A stretch of DNA of 64,000 nucleotides from Marsupella aquatica (Eukaryota > Plantae > Marchantiophyta). Below the pieces are notes generated by a model. That model ran no database searches. It was not told the origin of the DNA and was given only the letters and a program-made list of their open reading frames with translations. Positions within the stretch are counted from its first letter, which is position 1. Every line of letters begins with the position of its first letter. The stretch spans positions 2,930,457-2,994,456 of the forward strand of contig OZ316894.1 in NCBI GenBank assembly GCA_973895155.1, written 5' to 3'. This document shows positions 1-15,657 of the stretch, piece after piece. The position numbers were made by a program, and so were the translations under genes.

Positions 1-630
1 AACCCAAGCTTACCAATTTCTGAAACCAATCATAAAAGCTTGTTTTCAAAGTGAAACCCATTGAAAAAACTTGTTTATATGTCAGTTTCAAACTGCTTAT
101 AGGCTTCCACACACACTAGCTAGTCACCCTTCAACATGAGTAACCCAAGCTTACCCAATTTCTGAAACCAATCATAAAAGCTTGTTTTCAAAGTGAAACC
201 CATTGAAAAAACTTGTTTATATGTCAGTTTCAAACTGCTTATAGGCTTCCACACACACTAGCTAGTGTGCGCGACTAATGCAATGATAGCTCATTCTGAA
301 CATACAAGCTTTCTCATTGCACACCTTCACCAACCATCATCGCATGTCTGAAACCAATTGCAAGGTTGGTGACTACCCTTTCAGTCTGAGACAAGCATCT
401 GACAGTAGTCTCAGTTGTTACTTGAGGATCATGGCACATAAATTCCATCTCATCAAATGCCCTGAGTATGAGAAATGTACCAATCTTCCTTTTGACATTC
501 TGAGCGGAAACATCTTCTTCATAGGATGTGCAACATCTTCCTCATAGGATGTGCAACCTTCAGATGACAACATCTTGCAAAATTGTCAAATTTGTTCTTT
601 GGCACAATTGCCTTGGGGTCATTAAAGCAT
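1..630. repeat. Local duplication, copy A (partner ~1470-1950), with internal ~141-bp tandem duplication (1-124 vs 142-266)
   Basis: Blocks such as gcttacccaatttctgaaaccaatc, cagtttcaaactgcttataggcttccacacac, tctgagacaagcatctgacagtagtctc and ggatcatggcacataaattccatctcatcaaatgcc recur in the same order at 1494-1806. Confidence 0.85.
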
Positions 631-1469
631 GCCCCTCTAATTTTTCAAATCCTTAAGATTTATTAGATATGTTAGAAATATATATTGATACTAAATCTTT
701 ATTTTTCTATAATTCCTTTCTAAGATTCTTTATTTTTAGTTGGGTGACAAGGTTTACCTCACTAGGCTGAAGATGGACACAACCAAAAGATGCGCTATAA
801 CTTATATATCCATTGGTCAATTTTTTTAATGTTTATGGTTTATACATTAGTAGGTTCACTTAATAGAGAGCCTCTCAAACCAGAGTCTAAAAGTAGAATA
901 TACACAAAATTAGAGTATTTTATTGAATCACAAATACTATAGCCAATACTATACCCCTCACTATACCCCTAATATACATTGACTTTAGTTATATATTCAA
1001 TATAATGTACTTGTGTGTCACCCACAACATAGAGAATCTCTCCTCACCATTTTTTATTTCTTATTTTTTTAAAATCTATTTCAATACATATGAAGACGAT
1101 GCGATAGCTTTTATTTCATAAGCCAATTACTTTTATCAGTACTCTAAAGAGAGTACAATAAAAAATTTTGTCAATCAGTTAAAATAGTATGGTATTAGAG
1201 CGGGCGAGCTATATTGCAACTCGTTGGAGACTTCCAAATTGGTGACTTGTGCATATTATATTTATGAACTGAGAGGTTGAAGGAGAATCTGGTCCTTGGT
1301 CTTCACGAGTTAGTCCCATTGAAGACAAGGTGTAATCCAAAAATATGAAAGCTACATATTACAACCAATTGGCTTTTGTGAACAAAACTGCCAAAGATGG
1401 TTCTCTGATTATGGCAAATCTCTACTTTTGCTTTTCTATGACTCATTGTTATTCTTGTGACAGCTGCAT

Positions 1470-1950
1470 CACGTTTCAACATTAGTAACCTGAGCTTACC
1501 CAATTTCTGAAACCAATCAAAAAAGCTTGTTTTCAAAGTGAAATTCATTGGAAAAGCTTGTTTATAAGTCAGTTTCAAACTGCTTATAGGCTTCCACACA
1601 CAATAGTGTGCACGATCAATGCAATGACAACTCATTCTGAACATACAAGCTTTCCCACATACTGCACACCTTCATCCAACCACCATGACATCTCTGGAAC
1701 CAATTGCAGGGTCGATGACTACCCTCTTAGTCTGAGACAAGCATCTGACAGTAGTCTCAATTTTACTTGAGGATCATGGCACATAAATTCCATCTCATCA
1801 AATGCCATGGGTATGAGAAATATACCAATCTTTCTTTTGACATTCTGAGCAAAAACATCTTCTTCATAGGATGTGCAACCTTCAGATGAAAACATCTTGT
1901 GAAATTGCCGATTTATCCTTTGGCACATTTGCCTTGAGGTCATTAAAGCC
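1470..1950. repeat. Local duplication, copy B
   Basis: Colinear, diverged match to ~125-630. Confidence 0.85.
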
Positions 1951-2434
1951 TATTGGTTTGCGGATTTTGAGCAAAATAGCAAAAAATGTCAAGCGTTGCA
2001 CAATACAATCCACCAGAGTCAAGTTGTTATTACAATAGAGATTTGTCTAAAAAAACTGATGAACTAGAGACCATGCTTGTGCTCCATGCACAAAAATAGA
2101 TAAGGGAACCTATACTTGCCCAAAAATCTGCTTGCAAGAAGTCAGCCCTAAACAATTGCTTACCTTCTTTGTACATACTGAAGAAACTTGTGCTTGATCT
2201 CCCACCTTGTCCTCTGCAGCTCTTCTACAGCCTCGTTTGCAGTTTTCTTGGCACTCCAATGTGTAGCATACCCCAAAACAATCAACACAAACAAAAGTGT
2301 AATCGAGGTTAGGTGTACTCAAAGGAAAATTTTGTGGATCTCTCTGCACGGCCCAACACAAGTTGCAACAAACATATCAATATGTTAGAAATGAGTACAT
2401 TCCAAGAGACACCCGTGGCTGATTACTTGTTGTA

Positions 2435-2757
2435 TGTGGGGAGAAATCAGATCAGGAAAAACACTCCAAACATACACGTGCTCAATAGTTACGTGGTTCG
2501 CCTCAAGGTTGACTACGTCCACGAGAAGACCAAGTTTTATTAACGGTTATGTGTCTACTCAAGCATCACCATAGCTCTAATCTCTTCAAGCTCTCATCTC
2601 TTGCTATATCAGTGTGTTCTCTCTTGAGAACTCTCTTGTATGTTCTCACACCACATAGAAGTTGAAGAGATAAGGACCAACTCTTCAACTAGGGTTTACT
2701 CTAACCCTAGTTAATATACTAACCATAGTTCAATCCAAGACTGAGTTAACCTCTACA
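2435..2757 (-). repeat. 3' LTR of copia element 1
   Basis: Matches 7921-8243 with about 7 substitutions by eye; adjacent to the PPT. Confidence 0.97.
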
Positions 2758-2951
2758 AACTCCCCCTTGACTCACGTCTTGGGAGGGTTCATAACATTGT
2801 CTTTTCCTTACAAGTTCCTCCGCGGGAAGTTCAAGACAGTAGGGCCAAAAGACCCTCCCCCTAATGCAAGGGTTAACTAGAACTAAGCCGTAGCCGATAA
2901 GCCATCGGATGGAGTACTCATATAGAGAGATTTTCTTGGTTAACTCTATAT

Positions 2952-5900
2952 TTATAATATTTGTAAATAACTACAATGCCTTGAAAAACTATTGGAGTCT
3001 AATACTTTGGTAAAAGCATCCGCTGGATTAAGCTTTCCATCAATCTTGACAAGCTCAAATTCATCATCCGATAATGCCTGTCGGATGAAATGATAGCGGA
3101 CATCAATGTGCTTTACTCTGCCATCCATCACCTGATTCTTGGCAGTGTAAATTGCACTTTGACTGTCACAATGAAGATATACACACTCCTGTGATAAACC
3201 CATTTCCGTGACAAGCTTTTTCAACCAAATGGTCTCTGATGTTGCTTCTGCTGCTGCTACATACTCGGCATCCATAGTAGACTTTGCAACACACTTTTGG
3301 AGAGTAGACTTCCAACTAATGCATCCACCAGCAAGTGTAAATACATATCCAGTTGTCGATCTCCTCTTATCCAGATCACCTGCGTAGTCTGCATCCACAT
3401 AACCTTGAAGCACTTTCATATTGTTTGAACTTGCATCAAACAATAAACCCTTCTTAGTGGAACCTCTGATGTAGCGCAAAATCCATTTCACTGCTTCCCA
3501 ATGAACTTTTCCTGGATTTGCCATGTATCTGCTTACCTTGCTAACGGCATAAGTTATGTGTGGTCGGGTGTATACCATGAGATACATTAAACTACCCACA
3601 ACACTTTCATAAGGAACTTTGGACATCAAACTTTTTTCTGTCGCATCCGATGGACAAAATGCTGCAGAAATATTGAAATGCCTTGCCAAAGGAACACTCA
3701 CAGCCTTAGCATCTGCCATGTTGAATTTTGAGAGTACCTTCTCTGCATATCTTTTCTGCATCAGCCAAAGTTTGACTTTGTTAACATCCCTGACAATTTC
3801 CATGCCTAGGATCCTCTTGGCTGTGCCCAAATCCTACATCTTAAACTCAGAACTGAGTTGGGCCTTAAGCTTATCAACTTCGCCCCTATCCTGTGCTGCA
3901 ATGAGCATGTCATCCACATAAAGTACAAGCTTAAAACCTGTGTTGTTCACACGCCTTATGTAAACACATGGATCGTACACGCTTCGCACAAATCCAAGCG
4001 ATTTCAAAAATTCATCAAAACGCTTGTTCCACTGCCTTGGGCTCTGCTTTAATCCATACAAGGATTTTAGCAACTTGCATACCAAATTTTCCTTGCCCTT
4101 TTGCACAAAACCCTCTGGTTGCCTCATGTAAATCACCTCATCCAACGATCCATATAAGAATGTCGTGACAACATCCATTTGATCTAAAACCAGATCAAAT
4201 AAAACTACAAGAGCACATAGCAAACGTATTGTTGAATACTTTGCTACAAGTGAAAAAACCTCATTGTAGTCTATACCTTTTTGTTGAGTAAAACCCTTGG
4301 CTACCAACCGAGCCTTAAATATCTTCTCAGCATCCTCCATGGGTCCATCTTTCTTCCTATACACCCACTTGTTGTCAACAACCTGCTTGTCACTAGGTAG
4401 ACTTGTGAGTTCCCAAGTCTTGTTATCATGAAGTGATTTCATTTCCATGCGCATCGCCGCCTGCCACTGTTGCTTCTCCATAGAAGCTAGGACCTCTCGA
4501 AATGAGGATGGATCTCCATCTTCTGTCACCAATGCATCAATAGATTCTTCATCCAAATCCACTTGATCAGAAGGAAGCCAAGTACCATACCTTTTCCGGG
4601 CTTGACGTTTGCGAGTTCCTCTTCGCATTGAAGACTCTGGCTGATCTGATTGTAGTGCGCTTTGCCTTATAGTAGTGTCAACATATTCTTTATTTGACAC
4701 ATCCTCTCCCCTTAAATCCTCTCGAGGAGGAGATTGCTCGTTGTTAGTAGTAGGGAATTGACCTATCTCCCCCTCCTTCAATGATTTGTCTTCATTGAAG
4801 GATACATCCCGACTAACAAGTAACTTGCAATCAACTGGATCCCACAATCGATATCCTTTAATGTCACGCTGATAACCAAGAAAAATGCATTTATGGGCTC
4901 TAGGATCTAGCTTAGTCCTATTGTTGCTAGGAACATGTGCATATGCTTCACAGCCAAAAACCTTAAGCTTTAAATAATCAGCAGGTCGATTGTGCCATAG
5001 CTCAAAGGGGGTTTTGTAAGTAATTGCTCGACTAGGAGAGAGATTTACTAGATAAGCAGCTATGTTGACAGCTTCTGCCCAAAAGATTTATGGCAATTTA
5101 GAGTGGCTCAACATGCTCCTTGCTCGCTCCAACAATGTGCGGTTGAGTCGCTCAGCAACACCATTTTGCTCAGAAGTGTACACAGTTGTGAGATGGTGAG
5201 TAATTCCCTTATTTGCACAATACGTGTTGAACTCGCCAGAGGTGTATTCACCACCATTATCTAATCGTAGATATCTCACATTCTTTGCAGTCTGTGTCTC
5301 AACTTGAGCTACCCATTGTTTGAAGATGGAAAGCACTTCAAACTTATGGGCAATGAAATAAATCCAAACAAACCTTGAGTAATCATCGATAAACGATACA
5401 TAGTATTGTTTGCCTGAATGTGAGGAAACCGGAGCAGGACCCCACACATCGGAATGAATATACTCAAGTACAACTTTAGAATGATGAATGGCAGTCGGAA
5501 ATTGAGTTCTTGTTTTCTTGCCGATAATGCAATGATCACAAAAACTCAACTTGCATGCTTGCAATCCTAGTAGGAGATATCACTTGTGTAGGATTTCTAA
5601 ACTTTTTTCACTCATGTGACCAAGCCGAGCATGCCATAAATTGATTTTCTTCTCCTGAGATGTGACCAAATTGACTTCGGCAAGAAGTGTGGTGCCTTCC
5701 AAGACATAGATGTTTCTTTTCCTCTTGCCAATAAGAGCTTCAGTTGATCCATGCGTGACTGTTAACACCCCCTCAGTTGCATTCCATTGATAACCCTTCG
5801 CATCCAAGTAGCCAAGAGAAATCAAATTCTTACACATTTCTGGAATGTGTCTGACATTTGATAGAGTACAGTACTTGCCACCGGGTAGTTGAATCTTTAC

Positions 5901-6977
5901 GAATCCAATCCCTAAAACTTTGCAAGAATGATTATTTCCCATCAAAACAGATCCGTTAATAGGAGTGTAGGATGAGAAAAGTTCACGCATATAGCACATG
6001 TGATACGAGCAAGCGGAATCCAAGATCCATTGACAATCCTCAACTTGGGAAGTGGTACACAATGCAAATCCTTCACTATCCTCTTCTCAAACAACTACTT
6101 GGGCTGAAGAACCGACAACTTCCTTGAATGTGTCTTTGACGCAACAATCCTTCTTCATGTGGCCCACTTTGTCACACTTCCAACACTTTATCTCACGAGT
6201 AGACTTGGATGGTGATTTGGATCGAGATCTAGATCTGGATCTAAACCTCCTCCTACCAAAAGATTGGTCGTGCAACCTTCCTCGCTCCATGGGAAGTGGG
6301 TTAAACCTTTTGTTTTCATGAGATGGCTCCCTTGATTTGCCTCTTTCTACCAACAATGCTGTTGATGATGAGGTTGAGGTAGGATGAGCTGAAGAAACCA
6401 GCTTAGACTGCATATCATCTGTCAACAGGGCACTCACCACATCATTGTAAGATATAGTTGTCTTATCACGGAATAGAAGAACTCGAGACAAAGATTGGTA
6501 CGAAGGTGGTAGTGAGCTCAAGAGTTGTAAGGCTTTCTTTTCTTCGCTCAAATGCTCCCCCAAATTCTCTAGGTCAACCACAAGATCATTGAACTGATCG
6601 ATATGATCTTGAATCTTGACTCCATCAGCCATTTTGAATTGCATGAGCTTCAGACTTGCATACATTTGGTTTGACATCTCCTTCTTGTAGTACTTGTTGC
6701 GCAATGCTTGAAACAAGTCCGTCACCGTTTGTGTTGCTTTTTCCTCGAACTGCTTCTTCACATTGTTTTTCAGGTACATGCCAACAATACTTACCGCTTG
6801 ATCCTGGAGATCATGCCAGTCATCATCTTCCATCTCCTTGGGTTGAGATCTTAGTACCTTGCCTAGGCCCATCGCCCTAAGTGCATCCCTCACGTTACGT
6901 TCCCACATTGTATAGTCCATCCGACCATCAAATTTTTCCACCTCAAACCTTTGACCTCCAATCCTAGTAGTCGCCAT
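2952..6977 (-). pseudogene. Copia gag-pol polyprotein, one frame with 4 in-frame stops
   Basis: Motifs FEVEKFDG, RSRSRSKS, zinc knuckle CWKCDKVGHMKKDC, protease WILDSACSYH, LWHARLGH, integrase HSDVWGP/FIDDYSR/NGVAERLNRTL, RT KARLVAKGFTQ/LYVDDM, RNase H YVDADYAGD/KHIDVRYHF. All five ORF pieces share one frame; stops at 6087, 5580, 5088, 3834. Confidence 0.95.
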
Positions 6978-7920
6978 CGCTGGAATGCCAAATGTAGTGT
7001 GGAGTCGCCTTCCCACAAGAAATAAACGTCGAATGCTCAGATGTGGGGTGTGAAAATAAGGCCAAAAATAAAAGTTGGTGAATTTTGAAACTGATCACTT
7101 CTATGTGTAGCCCACAAGATAACGCTCCGAATTCTGAAAACGGTTTATCAAATGGACTCTCGAGTGCCAAGAATTTTTACTCCGACCGGAGGGGGGTAAA
7201 AGATGAAATAATTACCCCTCGAGGGAATCTCTTATGCCAAAGATTCCACTAGTGTACTTTTTCAGAATTGAACGCACCAATACTTGCCTAGCTTCCCCAA
7301 GTACGCCTCTCCAAAAGTTGAAGTTGATCCGATTTTATTTGCCGCTCGGAATCTTTGACCTTCGGTAAAAATTTAAGCCTCTGGAAAAGAATCTTTTCGG
7401 GAAATTCCGTCCGCCCTTGTATAGCCCCTGTGGGGGACTTCATAGGGGGCACTTCCCCCTGCCCAAGCCCTGTCGAGCCCTGTCGAGCCCTAAAAGGCCT
7501 CCTCGAAGTTTTCGACCTCCTCGCGCGTCCGCGGAAGTCGCGACTACTCGCGGCAGAAAGTACCCCTCGGCGGATTCACTCAAATTCCCGTCTCAGTTTT
7601 GATGAAATCCAATTCTGATTTCAGATTCAGAAACTAGACTTCGAGGGCATCAAGATTGATATAAAGAACTTGCAAAATGGTGGAGTAATGAGGGAGAAAA
7701 AATTCGGTGAAAGTGAAATTGTTTCCGTTTCTGACCTCAGGCCTTCATTGCTTCACGGAAATGAGCCCCTGGTTGTGTGCTCCACACTTGTGAGAAGATT
7801 GAGTCCGATCTTCTTTCAATAGCTCCGCTTTGAAGAGGAAATCATCCGCTGTTCGCTTTGCTTGAAGCAAGTTCTGTGGAGTTCCTAATCGACTGAAAAA
7901 ATCTGAGCTCTGATACCAAT

Positions 7921-8243
7921 TGTGGGGAGAAATCAGATCAGGAAAAACACTCCAAACATACACGTGCTCAATAGTTACGTGGTTCGCCTCAAGGTTGGCT
8001 ACGTCCACGGGAAGACCAAACTTTATTAACGGTTATGTGTCTACTCAAGCATCACCATAGCTCTAATCTCTTCAAGCTCTCATCTCTTGCTATATCATTG
8101 TGTTCTCTCTTGAGAACTCTCTTGTATGTTCTCACACCACATAGAAGTTGAAGAGATAAGGACCAACTCTTCAACTAGGGTTTACTCTAACCCTAGTTAA
8201 CATACTAACCATAGTTCAACCCAAGACTGAGTTAACCTCTACA
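7921..8243 (-). repeat. 5' LTR of copia element 1
   Basis: Adjacent to the PBS at 7907-7918; ends at TSD TTGTA. Confidence 0.97.
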
Positions 8244-9546
8244 TTGTAGAGAAATGTACAAAACCAGCAAGAGTGGACTAAATCAAGAAGGTCTGCCCAA
8301 AAATCTACAAGATGGTGAGGGATAATCGATAATAGACTGAGAACTAAGCCTCCTTCAAGGTACATCTCAAAAACACAGTCGGAAAATTATTATCGATCGA
8401 ATCCAATACATAGATTGGCTGCATATATGTAATCAGACATTGCAAAAGCAACGACGCACCTAGCTCAATCCAAGACTTAAAGAGCCCATATGGAAATGAA
8501 TGCATTACCTCGTAAAAGCAGCTTGCCAACTTTGGAGCGGAACCGTTCTCTAAAAAAGCTAGAAGGCAGCCAGATGAATGAAGTAGCCCAAGAAATGAAT
8601 AAGCACAATAGTCACACAATAAAGATACCTGAAAGGAACGCAAACTATTGATGTTTAGCAATCACAAAAAACAATACAATGTCACAAAACCCTGCTAATT
8701 GAAGAAAAAAGCTAGTATGTGCCTTGCTTTGCACCTTGGTAGCAATGTAGCACACTACCAGATGACAGATTGACACTACACAATCTCACGGCTGGCAAGA
8801 ACTTGGGGACACATTGTTGGAGGTAGGTGTAACTTGGAAGGCTGCAAACTAAAGAAGTCAACATATTTGTGGAGTTGATTGACATGTATAATGCTACCTA
8901 GTTGGTAGTCAGCATAGACAAGATAGGAGCTATTTAGCTCACCTCATAAACTTCATCGGATAATCTTCACTGGAATGCTTCTGCCTTCTGATCAGGAGAG
9001 CAAGTCACACTGACATAAACCTTACTCCAAGCTCACACAAGACGCAACAGACAGCACGTTCACACTCGGACGATGTGCTGACAAAATGTTCTTTGATAGC
9101 TGGCCCTAAACACTTCAACTCACAAGAATGCTAGAGCAATGTGAGGCAACAAACAATCGAGCCTAAAAAAATCCCTCATTAAAGTCCCTCCAAAAGCTTC
9201 AACAAATGGAAGGGCAAGTGTCTGTCCAGCAAAAATGAGAAGTTTAACATTGATGCTCCTCAAAGTTTTTCTAGACCACATACCTTTGCAAGAATGTCGC
9301 ACTCTAAATCTTGACCCTAAACACTGATATTCAAAGCTCAAAACATAACCGACTGCAAATTGACGTCTGACAACAATACCTCGAGGGGCCTCTACTTGCG
9401 CACGGCTGACAAAAGCTTCACAAGGGAATGCTCTTGGCCAATAGCCGTAAATAACCCTATTGGGTCGGCATAATTCTTGTCAGGAAGAAATGTTATTGGT
9501 GTGTAACCCCTTCTACTAGGTGTTACCATTTCCATAATCGTGTGCC

Positions 9547-9891
9547 TATTGAGCGTTGATGACATTCACAATGACAAGTTCATTACCATCCAACGATCAA
9601 GTAGTTGACATAGAGAGATACGTGGTTTACCTCCACATGAGGCTACGTGCACGGGAACATACAAGAGCTTTACTGCACACTAGGCCGACCGACCATACCA
9701 AGCATCTACAACACAAACTCTCTTTATCTCTCAATTGGCTCTGTAACAATGAGCCTGAGTTCCCTCTATCCAAGCAAACACCGCTTGGGTATAGTGTGTG
9801 CACAACATCACTAACTTAACCTAGTATGTGACTAGGGTTAGCCCTAATTGCGATACAATCATAGCTCTAGACCTAAGAGTAAATCCTAATA
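9547..9891 (-). mobile_element. Solo LTR (345 bp), family related to copia element 2 LTR
   Basis: Colinear similarity to 51839-52259 (gagatacgtggtt..acctcc..tgaggctacgt.cacgggaaca, taacaatgagcct, ctagac.taagagtaaat). Flanked by 5-bp TSD GTGCC (9542-9546, 9892-9896). Termini decayed to TA...TA. Confidence 0.9.
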
Positions 9892-10041
9892 GTGCCCAAA
9901 AAGTCTCACCGGGTAATCTTTTTTCCGGACAGGTATGATTATGAGTGTTTGGGCTGGGGTTCTAGTCTAAAAAATGTTCCCACAAAACTTGGAAATACTT
10001 CCACATTTCTTCACTTTCTGGTCACAGTTTAGAGACTAGTA

Positions 10042-10144
10042 ACCCAGACCAAAGAGTCATTACCCTATACTTTAGCTTTCAAGGCAAAAAGAAACCCAGA
10101 CCAAACACTCATTACCTTATACTTTAGCTTTCAAGGCAAAAAGA
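10042..10144. repeat. Tandem duplication of a ~52-bp unit
   Basis: aacccagaccaaa..tcattacc.tatactttagctttcaaggcaaaaagaa occurs twice. Confidence 0.85.
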
Positions 10145-10173
10145 AGAAGAAGCTGGTGATGGATTTAGTGATA

Positions 10174-10430
10174 CAGCTTTTGATTACTTTGCCACTAAAG
10201 ATGTTATAATTTGCCACTATTTTTTTGTATTTATGAAAATGTCACTATTTTGTATATGGATAACAAATTTACCAAGGTAACTAGGGGAACTATATACAAA
10301 AATAGATTTACCAAGGTAACTAAGGGAACTATATACAAAAACCTTGACATTTTTGTAAATACAAAAAAAAATGGCAGTACTCTAAATTCAAACATCAATG
10401 TAGTTACAAGCTCTTTTAGTGATAATGAGA
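10174..10430. mobile_element. MITE (TA-flanked, CAG-starting TIR, Tc1/mariner-like), copy 1, in the RPI promoter
   Basis: Left TIR TA|cagcttttgattactttgccactaaagat matches the reverse complement of the right end of the 46447-46655 copy. Right TIR is decayed. Contains a ~39-bp internal duplication. Confidence 0.65.
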
Positions 10431-10696
10431 TTAGAGGACAACCAGTGAGGGATAGGTGGGGCTGAGGGTTTAGCTTGAGGCATGTTCTTGATGGGGCTGA
10501 GCCGCTGAGGTTTAGCGTACACTACAGCAGAAGCAAGAGAATCAGAGAGGTTTAGCGTCAACATCCACACTACAGTTGTAAGAACGAGAGAATCAGCCGA
10601 GCTTTGCTTTCGCCCAAGAAGAGCGACGCAACGCAGAGCAGCGGTTGCGGTTGCGACTCTGTTTCTTAATTTCGTTGCACCTGTTTTGCGTGGGAG

Positions 10697-14053
<3,357 letters not shown>

Positions 14054-14879
14054 GCAGACATGTCTCAGTGTATTTTTTGGCTAACAGTGTCTCGCCGTAT
14101 CATGTTAAGCATTTTTCTACGTATTCTGTTCAGACGAGGTTGGCAATTCCCGACTTCATCTAGCGACTGTCTAGGGTTGGAGAGGATCACAGAAAACATT
14201 GCTGATCTGTGAAGTTTGTTGAGTAAACTTCAGCGTCAGCTGAAGATCACAATGCTTGGCTCCCCTTTAGAATAAAGTCCCTTGAATGATTTTGCGACAA
14301 GTCGTGGACTTCTAAGTTTGTATAGTTACCTCATACATAATCTCAATATTCAACTGAAGCTGGGATGTAGGCTTGGATGCTTTCTTCAATCTAAATTTAC
14401 AACTGCATTTCCGTGGCCCAGACTCACCTCATTTCTTCTGAGAGAAAAGCCCTCACTGCGTTACTGTTGGCTCAAAAACCCTCGGAAAGAATTTTCCTGC
14501 AAGGTTGATTGAACGAGATTTGAGTCTATTCATACTTCAGTGATATGCACATTTCAACAGGAAAGCCAAATGCCCGTGACACACCGAACTAGCACGTCAG
14601 CCTATAAGGAAGCAGAGTAACGATTCTTGGCTGCAGACTACCCAGTTTAGCTAGAAGGCCCCTCACATCTACTGGTGAGCCATTATTTGAGAAACCGACC
14701 TGCAAAATCTGAGATTTTAGTATCCTCTCCAGTCATCTGTACATATTGCTCATGAGATTGGAGCCAAACAATTCGTCAGTCACAGAAACTAGTTGTGCGG
14801 CAAACCTACCGCTGATCAAAGAAGCATGTTAGTGATGAAGGCTGCGAGACTAATCTTACCACATGCCAGAAACAACAGA

Positions 14880-15204
14880 TGAAGTAAACCATGGAGATTC
14901 TGCGGTCCTGTAGGATAGGCAACTTGGAATTGCTAGAAAACCATCTTTATGTGGATCCAAACCTGGTTGGTACGTAGGATTTGCTAGCAAAATCTTGGTT
15001 TCTGTCCCAACCTTCTACAGTCTTTCATGCGTCTGTTCTAGTGTGAGTAGACGCATGATACTGGACACAAGTTGGGGAAACTTTGGACGAGAATTGGGTT
15101 GGATTGTATTTATTTGGATGCTTGAGAAAACTATTTGGGTAGAGGACAATGGCTTCAGTGCCTCAAATCATGATTGGTTGTTCAAGGGTTTTTATAAATC
15201 ATAA
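14880..15204 (+). mobile_element. Decayed L1-type LINE ORF2 C-terminal (zinc-knuckle) remnant
   Basis: Translated fragments RSCRIGNLELLENHLY and WIVFIWMLEKTIWVEDN resemble the CxxC..E..HL and IW.ERN motifs of plant L1 ORF2. Confidence 0.4.
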
Positions 15205-15425
15205 TTTGGACAACTTTTGAGGAAAGCAAACAGGAATTTAGTGGCTCGAGTGTGTCTGGGCCCACTATGTCTATGCAAAACAGCATGGGCTTGAGCTAGA
15301 AGTTCTTTGTATAGTCTAGAATTTTCAAACCAACCACCTGGTTCATGGGAGTGAAGATCCCTTCACAAAACCTTGGGGGCACTTCTGATTTCTTATTAAT
15401 TTAAGCAAATTGAAGCGCCACTTCC

Positions 15426-15657
15426 TGGTCTAAAGATAGACTCCAGACCAAGATCAAGGTTCAAAGGAAATGTTTGAACCAAGTGGTCTAAAGATAGACT
15501 CCAGACCAAGATCAAGGTTCAAAGGAAACGTTTGGACGAAGTGGTCTAAAGGTAGACTCCTGACCAAGATCAAGGTTCAAAGGAAATGTTTGGACCACGT
15601 GGTCTAAAGATAGACTCCAGACCAAGATCAAGGTCCAAAGGAAATGTTAGGACCACA
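15426..15657. repeat. Minisatellite, 4 x 58 bp
   Basis: Unit tggtctaaagatagactccagaccaagatcaaggttcaaaggaaatgtttg... starts at 15426, 15484, 15542, 15600. Confidence 0.95.

Larger units (their letters stand above)
2435..8243 (-). mobile_element. Full-length Ty1/copia LTR retrotransposon (Tnt1/Tork-like), element 1
   Basis: Two 323-bp LTRs (2435-2757, 7921-8243) with TG...CA ends. 5-bp TSD TTGTA at 2430-2434 and 8244-8248. PBS TGGTATCAGAGC (tRNA-iMet) at 7907-7918 and PPT at 2758-2769. Domain order gag-PR-INT-RT-RH. Confidence 0.98.
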
